The notes under the pieces: model-generated | The model's input: only the letters and a program-made list of their open reading frames with translations | What the model was told of the DNA's origin: nothing | Databases searched by the model: none | Translations under genes and position numbers: made by a program | Part shown: positions 1 to 15,200 of the stretch, in pieces | Position numbering within the stretch: position 1 is the stretch's first letter | Layout of the letters: each line of letters opens with the position of its first letter | Source of the DNA: the human T2T-CHM13v2.0 reference genome, Homo sapiens | NCBI RefSeq assembly: GCF_009914755.1 | Contig: NC_060933.1 | Strand: one strand, 5' to 3' | DNA: 64,000 bases

Positions 1-1611
1 GAATGGAAACTACCCGAATGGAATGGAATGTAATGGAGTGTAAGGGAATTGAATAGAATCAATCCGAATGTAATGGAATGGAATGGAACGGAATGGAATG
101 GAATGGAATGGAATGGAATGGAATGGAATGAAATGCAATGGGTTCAAATCGATTGCAATGGAATGGAATAGAATGGAATGGAATGGAATGGAATGGAATT
201 AATTCGAATAGAATGGAATGGAATGGAATGGAACGGAATGGAACGGAATGGAATGGAATGGAATGGAATGGTATTGAATGGAATGGAATGGTACGGAATA
301 GAATGGAATGGAACGAATTGTAATGGAATGGAATTGAATGGAATGGAATGGAATGGAATGGAATCAACGCGAGTGCAGGGGAATGTAATGGAACGGAATG
401 CAATGGAATGGAATCATCCGCAATATAATGGAATGGAATGGAATGGAATGGAATCAACCCGAGTGCAATGGAATGGAGTGGAATGGAATGGAATGGAATG
501 GAACAACGCGAATGGAATGGAATGTAATGCAGAGTAAGGGAGTTGAATAGAATCAATCCGAATGTAATGGGATGGAATGCAACGGAATGGAATGGAATGG
601 AATGCAATGGAATTGAATCAACCCGAGTACAATGGAATGGAATGGAATGGAATGGAATGGAAGGGAATGGAATGGAATGGAATGATACGGAATAGAATGG
701 AATGGAACGAAATGGAATGGAATGGAATGGAATGGAATGGAATGGAATCGTTCCGATTGGAATAGGAGGGAATGTATTCGAGTGGAATGGAAAGGAATGG
801 AATCAACCAGAGTGGAATGGAAGGGAATGGAATGGAATGGAAACTAATAGAATGGAATCAACCCGAGAGGAATGGAATGGAAAGGACTGGAATGGAATGG
901 AATGGAATGGAATCAACTCGATTGTAATGGAACGGAATGGAATGGAATGGAATGGAATGGAATTAACCCGAATACAATGCAATGGAATGCAATGGAACGG
1001 AATGGAGTGGAATGGAATGGAATCAACCCGAGTGCAGCGGAATGGAATGGAATGGAATGCAATGGAATGGAATCATTCGGAATGGAATGGAATTGAATGG
1101 AATGCAAAGCAATGGAATCAACTCGATTGCAATGGAATGGAATGGAATGGAAAGGAATACATTGGTATCAACCCGAGTGGAATGGAATGGAAAGGACTGC
1201 AATGGAGTGGAATGGAATGGAATGGAATGGAATGGAATCAACTCGATTGGAATGGAATGGAATGGAATGGAATGGAATGGAATTAACCCGAATAGAATGG
1301 AATGGAATGGAATGGAAAGGAACGGAACGGAATGGAATGGAATGGAATGCAATGGAATGGAATGGAAACAACCCGACTGCAGGGGAATGGAATGGAATGG
1401 AATGCAATGGAATGGATTCAACTTGAATGGAATGGAAAGAATGGAATCAACACGAGTGGAATGGCATGGATTGGAACGGAATGGAATGGAATCAACCCGA
1501 GTACAGGGGAATGGAATGGAATGGAATGCAATGGAATGGAATCATCCGTAATGGAATGGAAAGGAATGGAATGGAATGGAATGGAATTGAATGGAATGGA
1601 ATGGAATCAAC

Positions 1612-1625
1612 TCGATTGCAATCGA
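1612..1625. other. Perfect 14-bp palindrome TCGATTGCAATCGA; first of dozens of copies
   Basis: The sequence equals its own reverse complement. It recurs in the CAACTCGATTGCAATCGAAT module (e.g. ~2554, ~4243, ~5185, ~5445, ~7145, ~8770). Confidence 0.85.
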
Positions 1626-1817
1626 ACGGAATGGAATGGAATTAACCCGAATAGAATGGAATGCAATGGAATGGAACGGAACGGAACGGAATGGAATGCA
1701 TTGGAATGGAATGGAATGGAATGGAATGGAACGGAAAGGAATGGAATGGAATGGAATGGAATGGAATGGAATCAACGCGAGTGCAAGGGAATGGAATGGA
1801 ATGGAATGCAATGGAAT

Positions 1818-1832
1818 GGAATCTTCCGGAAT
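1818..1832. promoter_or_regulatory. Perfect canonical heat-shock element nGAAn-nTTCn-nGAAn (GGAATCTTCCGGAAT); first of roughly 45-50 copies in the window
   Basis: gGAAt cTTCc gGAAt matches the three-inverted-pentamer HSE bound by an HSF trimer. HSF1 binding to satellite III in nuclear stress bodies is established, but occupancy of this particular array is not shown by the sequence. Confidence 0.55.
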
Positions 1833-4800
1833 GGAATGGAATGGAATGGAATGGAATGGAATGGAATGGAATAAACCCGAGTGAAATGGAATGGAGTGGA
1901 ATGGAATGGAATGGAATGGAACAACCCGAATGGAATGGAATGTAATGGAGAGTAAGGGAGTTGAATAGAATCAATCCGAAAGTAATGGAATGGAATGGAA
2001 AGGAATGGAATGGAATGGAACAACCCGAATGGAATGGAATGTAATGGAGAGTAAGGGAGTTGCACAGGATCAATCCGAATGTAATGGAATGGAATGGAAC
2101 GGAATGGAATTGAATGGAATGGAATGGAATGCAATGGAAGGGAATCAACCCGAGTGCAATGGAATGGAGAGGAATGGAATGGAATGGAATGGAAACTACC
2201 CGAATGGAATGGAATGTAATGGAGTGTAAGGGAATTGAATAGAATCAATCCGAATGTAATGGAATGGAATGGAACGGAATGGAATGGAATGGAATCGAAT
2301 GGAATGCAATGGAATGGAATCAACCCGACTGCAATCGAATGGAATCGAATGGAATGGTATACAATGGAATGGATTCAACTTGAATGGAATGGAAAGAATG
2401 GAATCAACACGAGTGGAATGGCATGGATTGGAATGGAATGGAATGGAATCAACCCTAGTACAGGGGAATGGAATGGAATGGAATGCAATGGAATGGAATC
2501 ATCCGTAATGTAATGGAAAGGAATGGAATGGAATGGAATGGAATGGAATCAACTCGATTGCAATCGAATGGAATAGAATGGAATTCACCCGAATAGAATG
2601 GAATGGAATGGAATGGAACGGAACGGAATGGAATGGAATGGAATGGAATGGAATGGAACGGAACGGAATGGAATGGAATGGAATGGAATGGAATGGAATC
2701 AACGCGAGTGCAGGGGAATGGAATGGAATGGAATGCAATGGAATGGAATCTTCCGGAATGAAATGGAATGGAATGGAATGGAATGGAATGGAATGGAATG
2801 CAATGGATTCAACTCGATTGCAATGGAATGGAATAGAATGGAATGGAATGTAATGGAATGGAATTAATCCGAATAGAATGGAATGGAATGGAATGGAATG
2901 GAATGGAATGGTATGGAATGGAATGGAATGGTACGGAATAGAATGGAATGGAACGAATTGTAATGGAATGGAATTGAATGGAATGGAATGGAATGGAATG
3001 GAATCAACGCGAGTGCAGGGGAATGTAATGGAACGGAATGCAATGGAATGGAATCATCCGGAATGGAATGGAATGGAATGTAATCAACCCGAGTGCAATG
3101 GAATGGATTGGAATGGAATGGAATGGAATGGAACAACCCGAATGGAATGGAATGTAATGGAGAGTAAGGGAGTTGAATAGAATCAATCCGAATGTAATGG
3201 AATGGAATGCAACGGAATGGAATGGAATGAAATGCAATGGAATTGAATCAAGCCGAGTACAATGGAATGGAATGGAATGGAATGGAATGGAATGGAATGA
3301 TACGGAATAGAATGGAATGGAACGGAATGGAATGGAATGGAATGGAATGGAATGGAATGGAATGGAATCGTTCCGAGTGGAATAGGAGGGAATGTATTCG
3401 AGTGGAATGGATAGGAATGGAATCAACCAGAGTGGAATGGAAGGGAATGGAATGGAATGGAAACTAATAGAATGGAATCAACCCGAGAGGAATGGAATGG
3501 AAAGGACTGGAATGGAATGGAATGGAATGGAATCAACTCGATTGTAATGGAATGGAATGGAATGGAATGGAATGGAATGGAATGGAATGGAATGGAATTA
3601 ACCCGAATACAATGCAATGGAATGGAATGGAACGGAATGGAGTGGAATGGAATGGAATCAACCCGAGTGCAGGGGAATGGAATAGAATGGAATGCAATGG
3701 AATGGAATCATCCGGAATGGAATGGAATGGAATGGAATGCAAAGCAATGGAATCAACTCGATTGCAATAGAATGGAATGGAATGGAAAGGAATATATTGG
3801 AATCAACCCGAGTGGAATGGAATGGAAAGGACTGGAATGGAGTGGAATGGAATGGAATGGAATGGAATGGAATCAACCCGATTGGAATGGAATGGAATGG
3901 AATGGAATGGAATGGAATGGAATTAACCCGAATAGAATGGAATGGAATGGAATGGAACGGAACGGAACGGAATGGAATGGAATGGAATGGAATGGAATGG
4001 AATGGAAAGAACCCGACTGCAGGGGGATGGAATGGAATGGAATGCAAAGGAATGGACTCAACTTGAATGGAATGGAATCAACACGAGTGGAATGGCATGG
4101 ATTGGAATGGAATGGAATGGAATCAACCCGAGTACAGGGGAATGGAATGGAATGGAATGCAATGGAATGGAATCATCCGTAATGGAATGGAAAGGAATGG
4201 AATGGAATGGAATGGAATTGAATGGAATGGAATGGAATCAACTCGATTGCAATCGAACGGAATGGAATGGAATTAACCCGAATAGAATGGAATGGAATGG
4301 AATGGAACGGAACGGAACGGAATGGAATGCATTGGAATGGAATGGAATGGAATGGAATGGAATGGAACGGAAAGGAATGGAATGGAATGGAATGGAATGG
4401 AATGGAATCAATGCGAGTGCAAGGGAATGGAATGGAATGGAATGCAATTGAATGGAATCTTCCGGAATGGAATGGAATGGAATGGAATGGAATGGAATGG
4501 AATAAACCCGAGTGCAATGGAATGGAGTGGAATGGAATGGAATGGAATGGAACAACCCGAATGGAATGGAATGTAATGGAGAGTAAGGGTGTTGAATAGA
4601 ATCAATCCGAATGTAATGGAATGGAATGGAAAGGAATGGAATGGAATGGAACAACCCGAATGGAATGGAATGCAATGGAGAGTAAGGGAGTTGAATAGGA
4701 TCAATCCGAATGTAATGGAATGGAATGGAACGGAATGGAATTGAATGGAATGGAATGGAATGCAATGGAATGGAATCAACCCGAGTGCAATGGAATGGAG

Positions 4801-7800
4801 AGGAATGGAATGGAATGGAATGGAAACTACCCGAATGGAATGGAATGTAATGGAGTGTAAGGGAATTGAATAGAATCAATCCGAATGTAATGGAATGGAA
4901 TGGAACGGAATGGAATGGAATGGAATGGAATGGAATGCAATGGAATGGAATCAACCCGAGTGCAATCGAATGGAATCGAATGGAATGGAATACAATGGAA
5001 TGGATTCAACTTGAATGGAATGGAAAGAATGGAATCAACACGAGTGGAATGGCATGGATTGGAATGGAATGGAATGGAATAAACCCTAGTACAGGGGAAT
5101 GGAATGGAATGGAATGCAATGGAATGAAATCATCCGTAATGTAATGGAAAGGAATGGAATGGAATGGAATGGAATGGAATCAACTCGATTGCAATCGAAT
5201 GGAATAGAATGGAATTAACCCGAATAGAATGGAATGGAATGGAATGGAACGGAACGGAATGGAATGGAATGGAATGGAATGGAATGGAATGGAACGGAAC
5301 GGAATGGAATGGAATGGAATGGAATGGAATGGAATGGAATCAACGCGAGTGCAGGGGAATGGAATGGAATGGAATGCAATGGAATGGAATCTTCCGGAAT
5401 GAAATGGAATGGAATGGAATGGAATGGAATGGAATGGAATCAACTCGATTGCAATCGAATGGAATGGAATGGAATTAACCCGAATAGAATGGAATGGAAT
5501 GGAATGGAACGGAACGGAACGTAATGGAATGGAATGGAATGGAATGGAACGGAAAGGAATGGAATGGAATGGAATGGAATGGAATCAACGCGAGTGCAGG
5601 GGAATGGAACGGAATGGAATGCAATGGAATGGAATCTTCCGGAATGGATCGGAATGGAATGGAATGGAATGGAATGGAATGGAATGGAATGGAATATACC
5701 CGAGTGCAATGGAATGGAGTGGAATGAAATGGAATGGAATGGAACAACCCGAATGGAATGCAATGTAATGGAGAGTGAGGGAGTTGAATAGAATCAATCC
5801 GAATGTAATGGAATGGAATGGAACGGAATTGAATTGAATGGAATGGAATGGAATGCAATGGAATGGAATCAACCCGAGTTCAATGGAATTGAGAGGAATG
5901 GAATGGAATGGAATGGAAACTACCCGAATGGAATGGAATGTAATGGAGTGTAAGGGAATTGAATAGAATCAATCCGAATGTAATGGAATGGAATGGAACG
6001 GAATGGAATGGAATGGAATGGAATGGAAAGGAATGGAATGGAATGGAATGGAATGGATTGGAATGGAATGGAATGCAATGGAATGGAATCAACCCGAGTG
6101 CAATCGAATGGAATCGAATAGAATGGAATGCAATGGAATGGATTCAACTTGAATGGAATGGAAAGAATGGAATCAACACCAGTGCAATGGCATGGATTGG
6201 AATGGAATGGAATGGAATCAACCCGAGTACAGGGGAATGGAATGGAATGGAATGCAATGGAATGGAATCATCCGTAATGGAATGGAAAGGAATGGAATGG
6301 AATGGAATCAACTCGATTGCAATCGAATGGAATGGAATGGAATTAACCGAATTGAATGGAATGGAATGGAATGGAATGGAACGGAACGGAATGGAATGGA
6401 ATGGAATGGAATGGAATGGAACGGAAAGGAAAGGAATGGAATGGAATAGAATGGAATGGAATGGAATCAACGCGAGTGCAGGGGAATGGAATGGAATGGA
6501 ATGCAATGGAATGGAATCTTCCGGAATTGAATGGAATGGAATGCAATGGAATGGAATGGAGTGGAATCAACTCGATTGCAATCGAATGGAATGGAATGGA
6601 ATGGAATGGAATGGAACAACCCGAATGGAATGGAATGTAATGGAGAGTAAGGGAGTTGAATAGACTCAATCCGAATGTAATGGAATGGAATGGAACTGAA
6701 TGGAATTGAATGGAATGGAATGGAATGCAATGGAATGGAATCAACCCGAGTGCAATGAAATGGAGAGGAATGGAATGGAATGGAATGGAAACTACCCGAA
6801 TGGAATGGAATGTAATGGAGTGTAAGGGAATTGAATAGAATCAATCCGAATGTAATGGAATGGAATGGAACGGAATGGAATGGAATGGAATGGAAGGCAA
6901 TGGAATGGAATCAACCCGAGTGCAATCGAATGGAATCGAATGGAATGGAATACAATGGAATGGATTCAACTTGAATGGAATGGAAAGAATGGAATCAACA
7001 CGAGTGGAATGGCATGGATTGGAATGGAATGGAATGGAATCAACCCGAGTACAGGGGAATGGAATGGAATGGAATGCAATGCAATGGAATCATCCGTAAT
7101 GTAATGGAAAGGAATGGAATGGAATGGAATGGAATGGAATCAACTCGATTGCAATCGAATGGAATGGAATGGAATTAACCCGAATAGAATGGAATGGAAT
7201 GGAATGGAACGGAACGGAATGGAATGTAATGGAATGGAATGGAATGGAACGGAACGGAATGGAATGGAATGGAATGGAATGGAATGGAATCAACGCGAGT
7301 GCAGGGGAATAGAATGGAATGGAATGCAATGGAATGGAATCTTCCGGAATGAAATGGAATGGAATGGAATGGAATGGAATGGAATGGAATGGAATGGAAT
7401 CAACTCGATTGCAATCGAATGGAATGGAATGGAATTAACCCGAATAGAATGGAATGGAATGGAATGGAACGGAACGGAACGTAATGGAATGGAATGGAAT
7501 GGAATGGAACGGAACGGAATGGAATGGAATGGAATGGAAAGAAATGGAATGGAATCAACGCGAGTGCAGGAGAATGGAATGGAATGGAATGCAATGGAAT
7601 GGAATCTTCCGGAATGGAATGGAATGGAATGGAATGCAATGAAATGCAATGGGTTCAACTCGATTGCAATGGAATGGAATAGAATGGAATGGAATGGAAT
7701 GGAATGGAATTAATTCGAATAGAATGGAATGGAATGGAATGGAACGGAATGGAACAGAATGGAATGGAATGGAATGGAATGGTATGGAATTGAATGGAAT

Positions 7801-9244
7801 GGTACGGAATAGAATGGAATGGAACGAATTGTAATGCAATGGAATTGAATGGAATGGAATGGAATGGAATGGAATCAACGCGAGTGCAGGGGAATGTAAT
7901 GGAACGGAATGCAATGGAATGGAATCATCCGCAATGGAATGGAATGGAATGGAATGGAATGGAATCAACCCGAGTGCAATGGAATGGAGTGGAATGGAAT
8001 GGAATGGAATCAACCCGAGTGCAATGGAATGGAAAGGAATGGAATGGAATGGAAGGGAATGGAATGGAATGGAATGATACGGAATAGAATGGAATGGAAC
8101 GAAATGGAATGGAATGGAATGGAATGGAATGGAATGGAATGGAATGGTACGGAATAGAACGGAATGGAACGAAGTGGAATGGAATGGAATGGAATGGAAT
8201 GGAATGGAATGGTACGGAATAGAACGGAATGGAACGAACTGGAATGGAATGGAATGGAATGGAATCGTTCCGAGTGGAATAGGAGGGAATGTATTCGAGT
8301 GGAATGGAAAGGAATGGAATCAACCAGAGTGGAATGGAAGGGAATGGAATGGAATGGAAACTAATAGAATGGAAACAACCCAAGAGGAATGGAATGGAAA
8401 GGAATGGAATGGAATGGAATGGAATGGAATCAACTCGATTGTAATGGAATGGAATGGAATGGAATGGAATGGAATGGAATTAACCCGAATACAATGCAAT
8501 GGAATGGAATGGAATGGAATGGAATGCAATGGAATGGAATCATCCGGAATGGAATGGAATGGAATGGAATGCAAAGCAATGGAATCAACTCGATTGCAAT
8601 GGAATGGAATGGAATGGAAAGGAATACATTGGAATCAACCCGAGTGTAATGGAATGGAAAGGACTGGAATGGAGTGGAATGGAATGGAATGCAATGGAAT
8701 GGAATCATCCGTAATGGAATGGAAAGGAATGGAATGGAATGGAATGGAATGGAATGGAATGGAATCAACTCGATTGCAATCGAATGGAATGGAATGGAAT
8801 TAACCCGAATAGAATGGAATGGAATGGAATGGAACGGAACGGAACGCAATGGAATGCATTGGAATGGAATGGAATGGAATGGAATGGAACGGAAAGGAAT
8901 GGAATGGAATGGAATGGAATGGAATGGAATGGAATGGAATCAACGCGAGTGCAGGGGAATGGAATGGAATGGAATGCAATGGAATGGAATCTTCCGGAAT
9001 GGAATGGAATGGAATGGAATGGAATGGAATAAACCCGAGTGCAATGGAATGGAGTGGAATGGAATGGAATGGAATGGAACAACCCGAATGGAATGGAATG
9101 TAATGTAGAGTAAGGGAGTTGAATACAATCAATCAGAATGTAATGGAATGGAATGGAACGGAATGGAATGGAATGGAATGCAATGGAATGGAATGGAATG
9201 CAATCAACCCGAGTGCAATGGAATGGAGTGAAATGGAATGGAAT

Positions 9245-12200
9245 GCAATGGAATGGATTCAACTTGAATGGAAAGGAAAGAATGGAATCAACACGAGTGG
9301 AATGGCATGGATTGGAATGGAATGGAATGGAATCAACCCGAGTACAGGGGAATGGAATGGAATGGAATGCAATGGAATGGAATCATCAGTAATGGAATGG
9401 AAAGGAATGGAAAGGACTGGAATGGAATGGAATGGAATGGAATGGAATCAACTCGATTGCAATCGAATGGAATGGAATGGAATTAACCCGAATAGAATGG
9501 AATGGAATGGAATGGAACGGAACGGAATGGAATGGAATGGAATGGAATGGAACGGAAAGGAATGGAATGGAATGGAATGGAATGGAATGGAATGGAATGG
9601 AATCAACGCGAGTGCAGGGGAATGGAATGGAATCGAATGGAATGGAAAGGAATGGAATGGAATCTACCCGAGTGCAGGGGAATGTAATGGAACGGAATGC
9701 AATGGAATGGAATCATCCGGAATGGAATGGAATGGAATGGAATGGAATCAACCCGAGTCAATGGAATGGAGTGGAATGGAATGGAATGGAATGGCACAAC
9801 CCGAATGGAATGTAATGTAATGGAGAGTAAGGGAGTTGAAAAGTATCAATCCGAATGAAATGGAATGGAATGGAAGGGAATGGAATGAAATGGAATGGAA
9901 TGGAATGGAATGCAATGCAATGGAATGGAATCAAACCGAATACAATGGAATGGAATGGAATGGAATGGAATGGAATGGAATGGAATGGAATGGAATGGAA
10001 TCTTCCGGAATGGAGTGGAATGGAATGGAATGGAATGGAATGGAATGGAATGCAATGGATTCAACTCGATTGCAATGGAATGGAATAGAATGGAATGGAA
10101 TGGAATGGAATGGAATGGAATTAAACCGAATAGAATGGAATGGAATGGAATGGAACGGAACAGAACGGAACGGAACGGAACGGAGTGGAATGGAATGGAA
10201 TGGAATTGTATGGAATGGAATGGAATGGTACGGAATAGAATGGAATGGAAAGAATTGGAATGGAATGGAATCGAATGGAATGGAATGGAATGGAATGGAA
10301 TCAACCCGAGTGCAGGGGAATGTAATGGAACGGAATGTAATGGAATGGAATCATCCGGAATGGAATGGAATGGAATGGAATGGAATGGAATGGAATGGAA
10401 TCAACCCAAGCGCAATGGAATGGAGTGGAATGGAATGGAATGGAATGGAACAACCCGAATGGAATGGAATGTAATGGAGAGTAAGGGATTTGAATAGAAT
10501 CAATCCGAATGTAATGGAATGGAACGGAATGGAATGGAATGGAATGGAATGGAATGGAATGGAATGGAATGGAATGGAATGCAATGGAATGGAATCAACC
10601 CGAGTACAATGGAACGGAATGGAATGGAATATAATGGAATGGAATGGAATGGAATGGAATCAACCCGAGTGCAATGGAATGGAGAGGAATGGAACGGAAT
10701 GGAATGGAAACTACCCGAATGGAATGGAATGTAATGGAGTGTAAGGGAATTGAATAGAATCAATCCGAATGGAATGGAATGGAATGGAACGGAATGTAAT
10801 GGAATGGAATGGAATGGAATGGAATCAACCCGAGTGCAGGGGAATGGAATGGAATGGAATGCAATGGAATGGAATCATCCGGAATGGAATGGAATTGAAT
10901 GCAATGGAATGGAATGGAAAGGAATGGAATGCAATGGAATAAATCCGAACAGAATGGAATGGAATGGAATGGAACGGAATGGAACGGAATGGAATGGAAT
11001 GGAATGGTATGGAATGGAATGGAATGGTACGGAATAGAATGGAATGGAACGAATTGTAATGGAATGGAATTGAATGGAATGGAATGGAATGGAATGGAAT
11101 CAACGCGAGTGCAGGGGAATGTAATGGAACGGAATGCAATGGAATGGAATCATCCGGAATGGAATGGAATTGAATGGAATGGAATGGAATCAACCCGAGT
11201 GCAATGGAATGGAGTGGAATGGAATGGAATGGAATGGAACAACCCGAATGGAATGGAATGTAATGGAGAGTAAGGGAGATGAAAAGAATCAATCCGAATG
11301 GAATGGAATGGAATGGAACGGAATGGAATGGAATGGAATGGAATGGAATGGAATGGAGTGGAATGGAATGGAATGGAATGGAATCGTTCCGAGTGGAATA
11401 GGAGGGAATGTTTTCGAGTGGAATGGTAAGGAATGGAATCAACCAGAGTGGAATGGAAGGGAATGGAATGGAATGGAAACTAATAGAATGGAATCAACCC
11501 GAGTGGAATGGAATGGAAAGGACTGGAATGGAATGGAATGGAATGGAATCAACTCGATTGTAATGGAATGGAATGGAATGGAATGGAATGGAATGGAATG
11601 GAATGGAATTAACCCGAATACAATGGAATGGAATGGAATGGAACGGAATGGAGTGGAATGGAATGGAATCAACCTGAGTGCAGGGAAATGGAATGGAATG
11701 GAATGCAATGGAATGGAATCATCCGGAATGGAATGGAATGGAATGCAATGGAATGGAATGGAATGGAATCAACCCGAGTGCAATGGAATGGAGTGAAATG
11801 GAATGGAATGGAATGGAAACAACCAGAATGGATTGGAATATAATGGAGTGTAAGGGAATTGAAAAGAATCAATCTGAATGTAATGAAATGGAATGGAACG
11901 GAATGGAATGGAATGGAATGAAATGGAATGCAATGGAATGGAATCAACCCGAGTGCAATCGAATGGAATCGAATGCAATGGGATGCAATGGAATGGATTC
12001 AACTTGAATGGAAAGGAAAGAATGGAATCAACACGAGTGGAATGGCATGGATTGGAATGGAATGGAATGGAATCAACCCGAGTACAGGGGAATGGAATGG
12101 AATGGAATGCAATGGAATGGAATCATCAGTAATGGAATGGAAAGGAATGGAAAGGACTGGAATGGAATGGAATGGAATGGAATGGAATGGAATCAACTCG

Positions 12201-15200
12201 ATTGCAATCGAATGGAATGGAATGGAATTAACCCGAATAGAATGGAATGGAATGGAATGGAACGGAACGGAATGGAATGGAATGGAATGGAATGGAACGG
12301 AAAGGAATGGAATGGAATGGAATGGAATGGAATGGAATGGAATGGAATCAACGCGAGTGCAGGGGAATGGAATGGAATCGAATGGAATGGAAAGGAATGG
12401 AATGGAATCAACCCGAGTGCAGGGGAATGTAATGGAACGGAATGCAATGGAATGGAATCATCCGGAATGGAATGGAATGGAATGGAATGGAATCAACCCG
12501 AGTCAATGGAATGGAGTGGAATGGAATGGAATGGAATGGCACAACCCGAATGGAATGGAATGTAATGGAGAGTAAGGGAGTTGAAAAGAAACAATCCGAA
12601 TGAAATGGAATGGAATGGAAGGGAATGGAATGAAATGGAATGGAATGGAATGGAATGCAATGCAATGGAATGGAATCAAACCGAATACAATGGAATGGAA
12701 TGGAATGGAATGGAATGGAATGGAATGGAATGGAATGGAATGCAATGGAATGGAATCTTCCGGAATGGAGTGGAATGGAATGGAATGGAATGGAATGGAA
12801 TGGAATGCAATGGATTCAACTCGATTGCAATGGAATGGAATAGAATGGAATGGAATGGAATGGAATGGAATGGAATTAAACCGAATAGAATGGAATGGAA
12901 TGGAATGGAACGGAACAGAACGGAACGGAACGGAACGGAGTGGAATGGAATGGAATGGAATTGTATGGAATGGAATGGAATGGTACGGAATAGAATGGAA
13001 TGGAAAGAATTGGAATGGAATGGAATCGAATGGAATGGAATGGAATGGAATGGAATCAACCCGAGTGCAGGGGAATGTAATGGAACGGAATGTAATGGAA
13101 TGGAATCATCCGGAATGGAATGGAATGGAATGGAATGGAATGGAATCAACCCAAGCGCAATGGAATGGAGTGGAATGGAATGGAATGGAATGGAACAACC
13201 CGAATGGAATGGAATGTAATGGAGAGTAAGGGATTTGAATAGAATCAATCCGAATGTAATGGAATGGAACGGAATGGAATGGAATGGAATGGAATGGAAT
13301 GGAATGGAATGGAATGGAATGCAATGGAATGGAATCAACCCGAGTACAATGGAACGGAATGGAATGGAATGTAATGGAATGGAATGGAATGGAATGGAAT
13401 CAACCCGAGTGCAATGGAATGGAGAGGAATGGAACGGAATGGAATGGAAACTACCCGAATGGAATGGAATGTAATGGAGTGTAAGGGAATTGAATAGAAT
13501 CAATCCGAATGGAATGGAATGGAATGGAACGGAATGTAATGGAATGGAATGGAATGGAATGGAATCAACCCGAGTGCAGGGGAATGGAATGGAATGGAAT
13601 GCAATGGAATGGAATCATCCGGAATGGAATGGAATTGAATGCAATGGAATGGAATGGAAAGGAATGGAATGCAATGGAATTAATCCGAACAGAATGGAAT
13701 GGAATGGAATGGAACGGAATGGAACGGAATGGAATGGAATGGAATGGTATGGAATGGAATGGAATGGTACGGAATAGAATGGAGTGGAACGAATTGTAAT
13801 GGAATGGAATTGAATGGAATGGAATGGAATGGAATGGAATCAACGCGAGTGCAGGGGAATGTAATGGAACGGAATGCAATGGAATGGAATCATCCGGAAT
13901 GGAATGGAATGGAATGGAATGGAATGGAATCAACCCGAGTGCAATGGAATGGAGTGGAATGGAATGGAATGGAATGGAAAAACCCGAATGGAATGGAATG
14001 TAATGGAGAGTAAGGGAGATGAAAAGAATCAATCCGAATGGAATGGAATGGAATGGAACGGAATGGAATGGAATGGAATGGAATGGAATGGAATGGAGTG
14101 GAATGGAATGGAATGGAATGGAATCGTTCCGAGTGAAATAGGAGGGAATGTTTTCGAGTGGAATGGTAAGGAATGGAATCAACCAGAGTGGAATGGAAGG
14201 GAATGGAATGGAATGGAAACTAATAGAATGGAATCAACCCGAGTGGAATGGAATGGAAAGGACTGGAATGGAATGGAATGGAATGGAATCAACTCGATTG
14301 TAATGGAATGGAATGGAATGGAATGGAATGGAATGGAATGGAATGGAATTAACCCGAATACAATGGAATGGAATGGAATGGAACGGAATGGAGTGGAAGG
14401 GAATGGAATCAACCTGAGTGCAGGGGAATGGAATGGAATGGAATGCAATGGAATGGAATCATCCGGAATGGAATGGAATGGAATGCAATGGAATGGAATG
14501 GAATGGAATCAACCCGAGTGCAATGGAATGGAGTGAAATGGAATGGAATGGAATGGAAACAACCAGAATGGATTGGAATATAATGGAGTGTAAGGGAATT
14601 GAAAAGAATCAATCTGAATGTAATGAAATGGAATGGAACGGAATGGAATGGAATGGAATGAAATGGAATGCAATGGAATGGAATCAACCCGAGTGCAATC
14701 GAATGGAATCGAATGCAATGGGATGCAATGGAATGGATTCAACTTGAATGGAAAGGAAAGAATGGAATCAACACGAGTGGAATGGCATGGATTGGAATGG
14801 AATGGAATGGAATCAACCCGAGTACAGGGGAATAGAATGGAATGGAATGCAATGGAATGGAATCATCAGTAATGGAATGGAAACGAATGGAAAGGACTGG
14901 AATGGAATGGAATGGAATGGAATGGAATGGAATGGAATGGAATCAACTCGATTACAATCGAATGGAATGGAATGGAATTAACCCGAATAGAATGGAATGG
15001 AATGGAATGGAACGGAACGGAATGGAATGGAATGGAATGGAATGGAACGGAAAGGAATGGAATGGAATGGAATGGAATGGAATGGAATGGAATGGAATGG
15101 AATGGAATCAACGCGAGTGCAGGGGAATGGAATGGAATCGAATGGAATGGAAAGGAATGGAATGGAATCAACGCGAGTGCAGGGGAATGTAATGGAACGG
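9245..15200 (+). repeat. Nested tandem repeat, period ~2.74 kb (~2.2 copies) inside 11.16-kb copy 1
   Basis: Offsets 9268/12008/14748, 10750/13490 and 11628/14368 = 2,740; 9836/12581 = 2,745. Shared variants CATCAGTAAT, GAGTCAATGG, GGCACAACCCG, CAACCCAAGCGC and GGGAATGTTTTCGAG. Confidence 0.9.

Larger units (their letters stand above)
200..5420 (+). repeat. Older tandem duplication, period ~2.62-2.64 kb (two diverged copies)
   Basis: ORF offsets 2196/4827, 2235/4866 and 2533/5164 = 2,631. Shared rare variants: ACCCTAGTACAGGGG (~2452/~5083), GAGTGCAAGGG (~1780/~4416), AGGATCAATCC (~2066/~4697), and a doubled 99-bp ACAACCCG...GAGAGTAAGG module (1921/2020 and 4552/4651). Confidence 0.8.

Noticed and set aside
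610-620. GAATTGAATCA as a DUX4-like site
   Set aside because: It mismatches the TAAYYYAATCA consensus at key positions and occurs in only a few copies; not supportable.
766-790. G-rich words (GGAGGG, CAGGGG, TAAGGG) as canonical G-quadruplexes or a foreign insertion
   Set aside because: There are no four closely spaced GGG tracts, and the words keep pentamer phase and recur as normal modules, so they are satellite variants rather than insertions.
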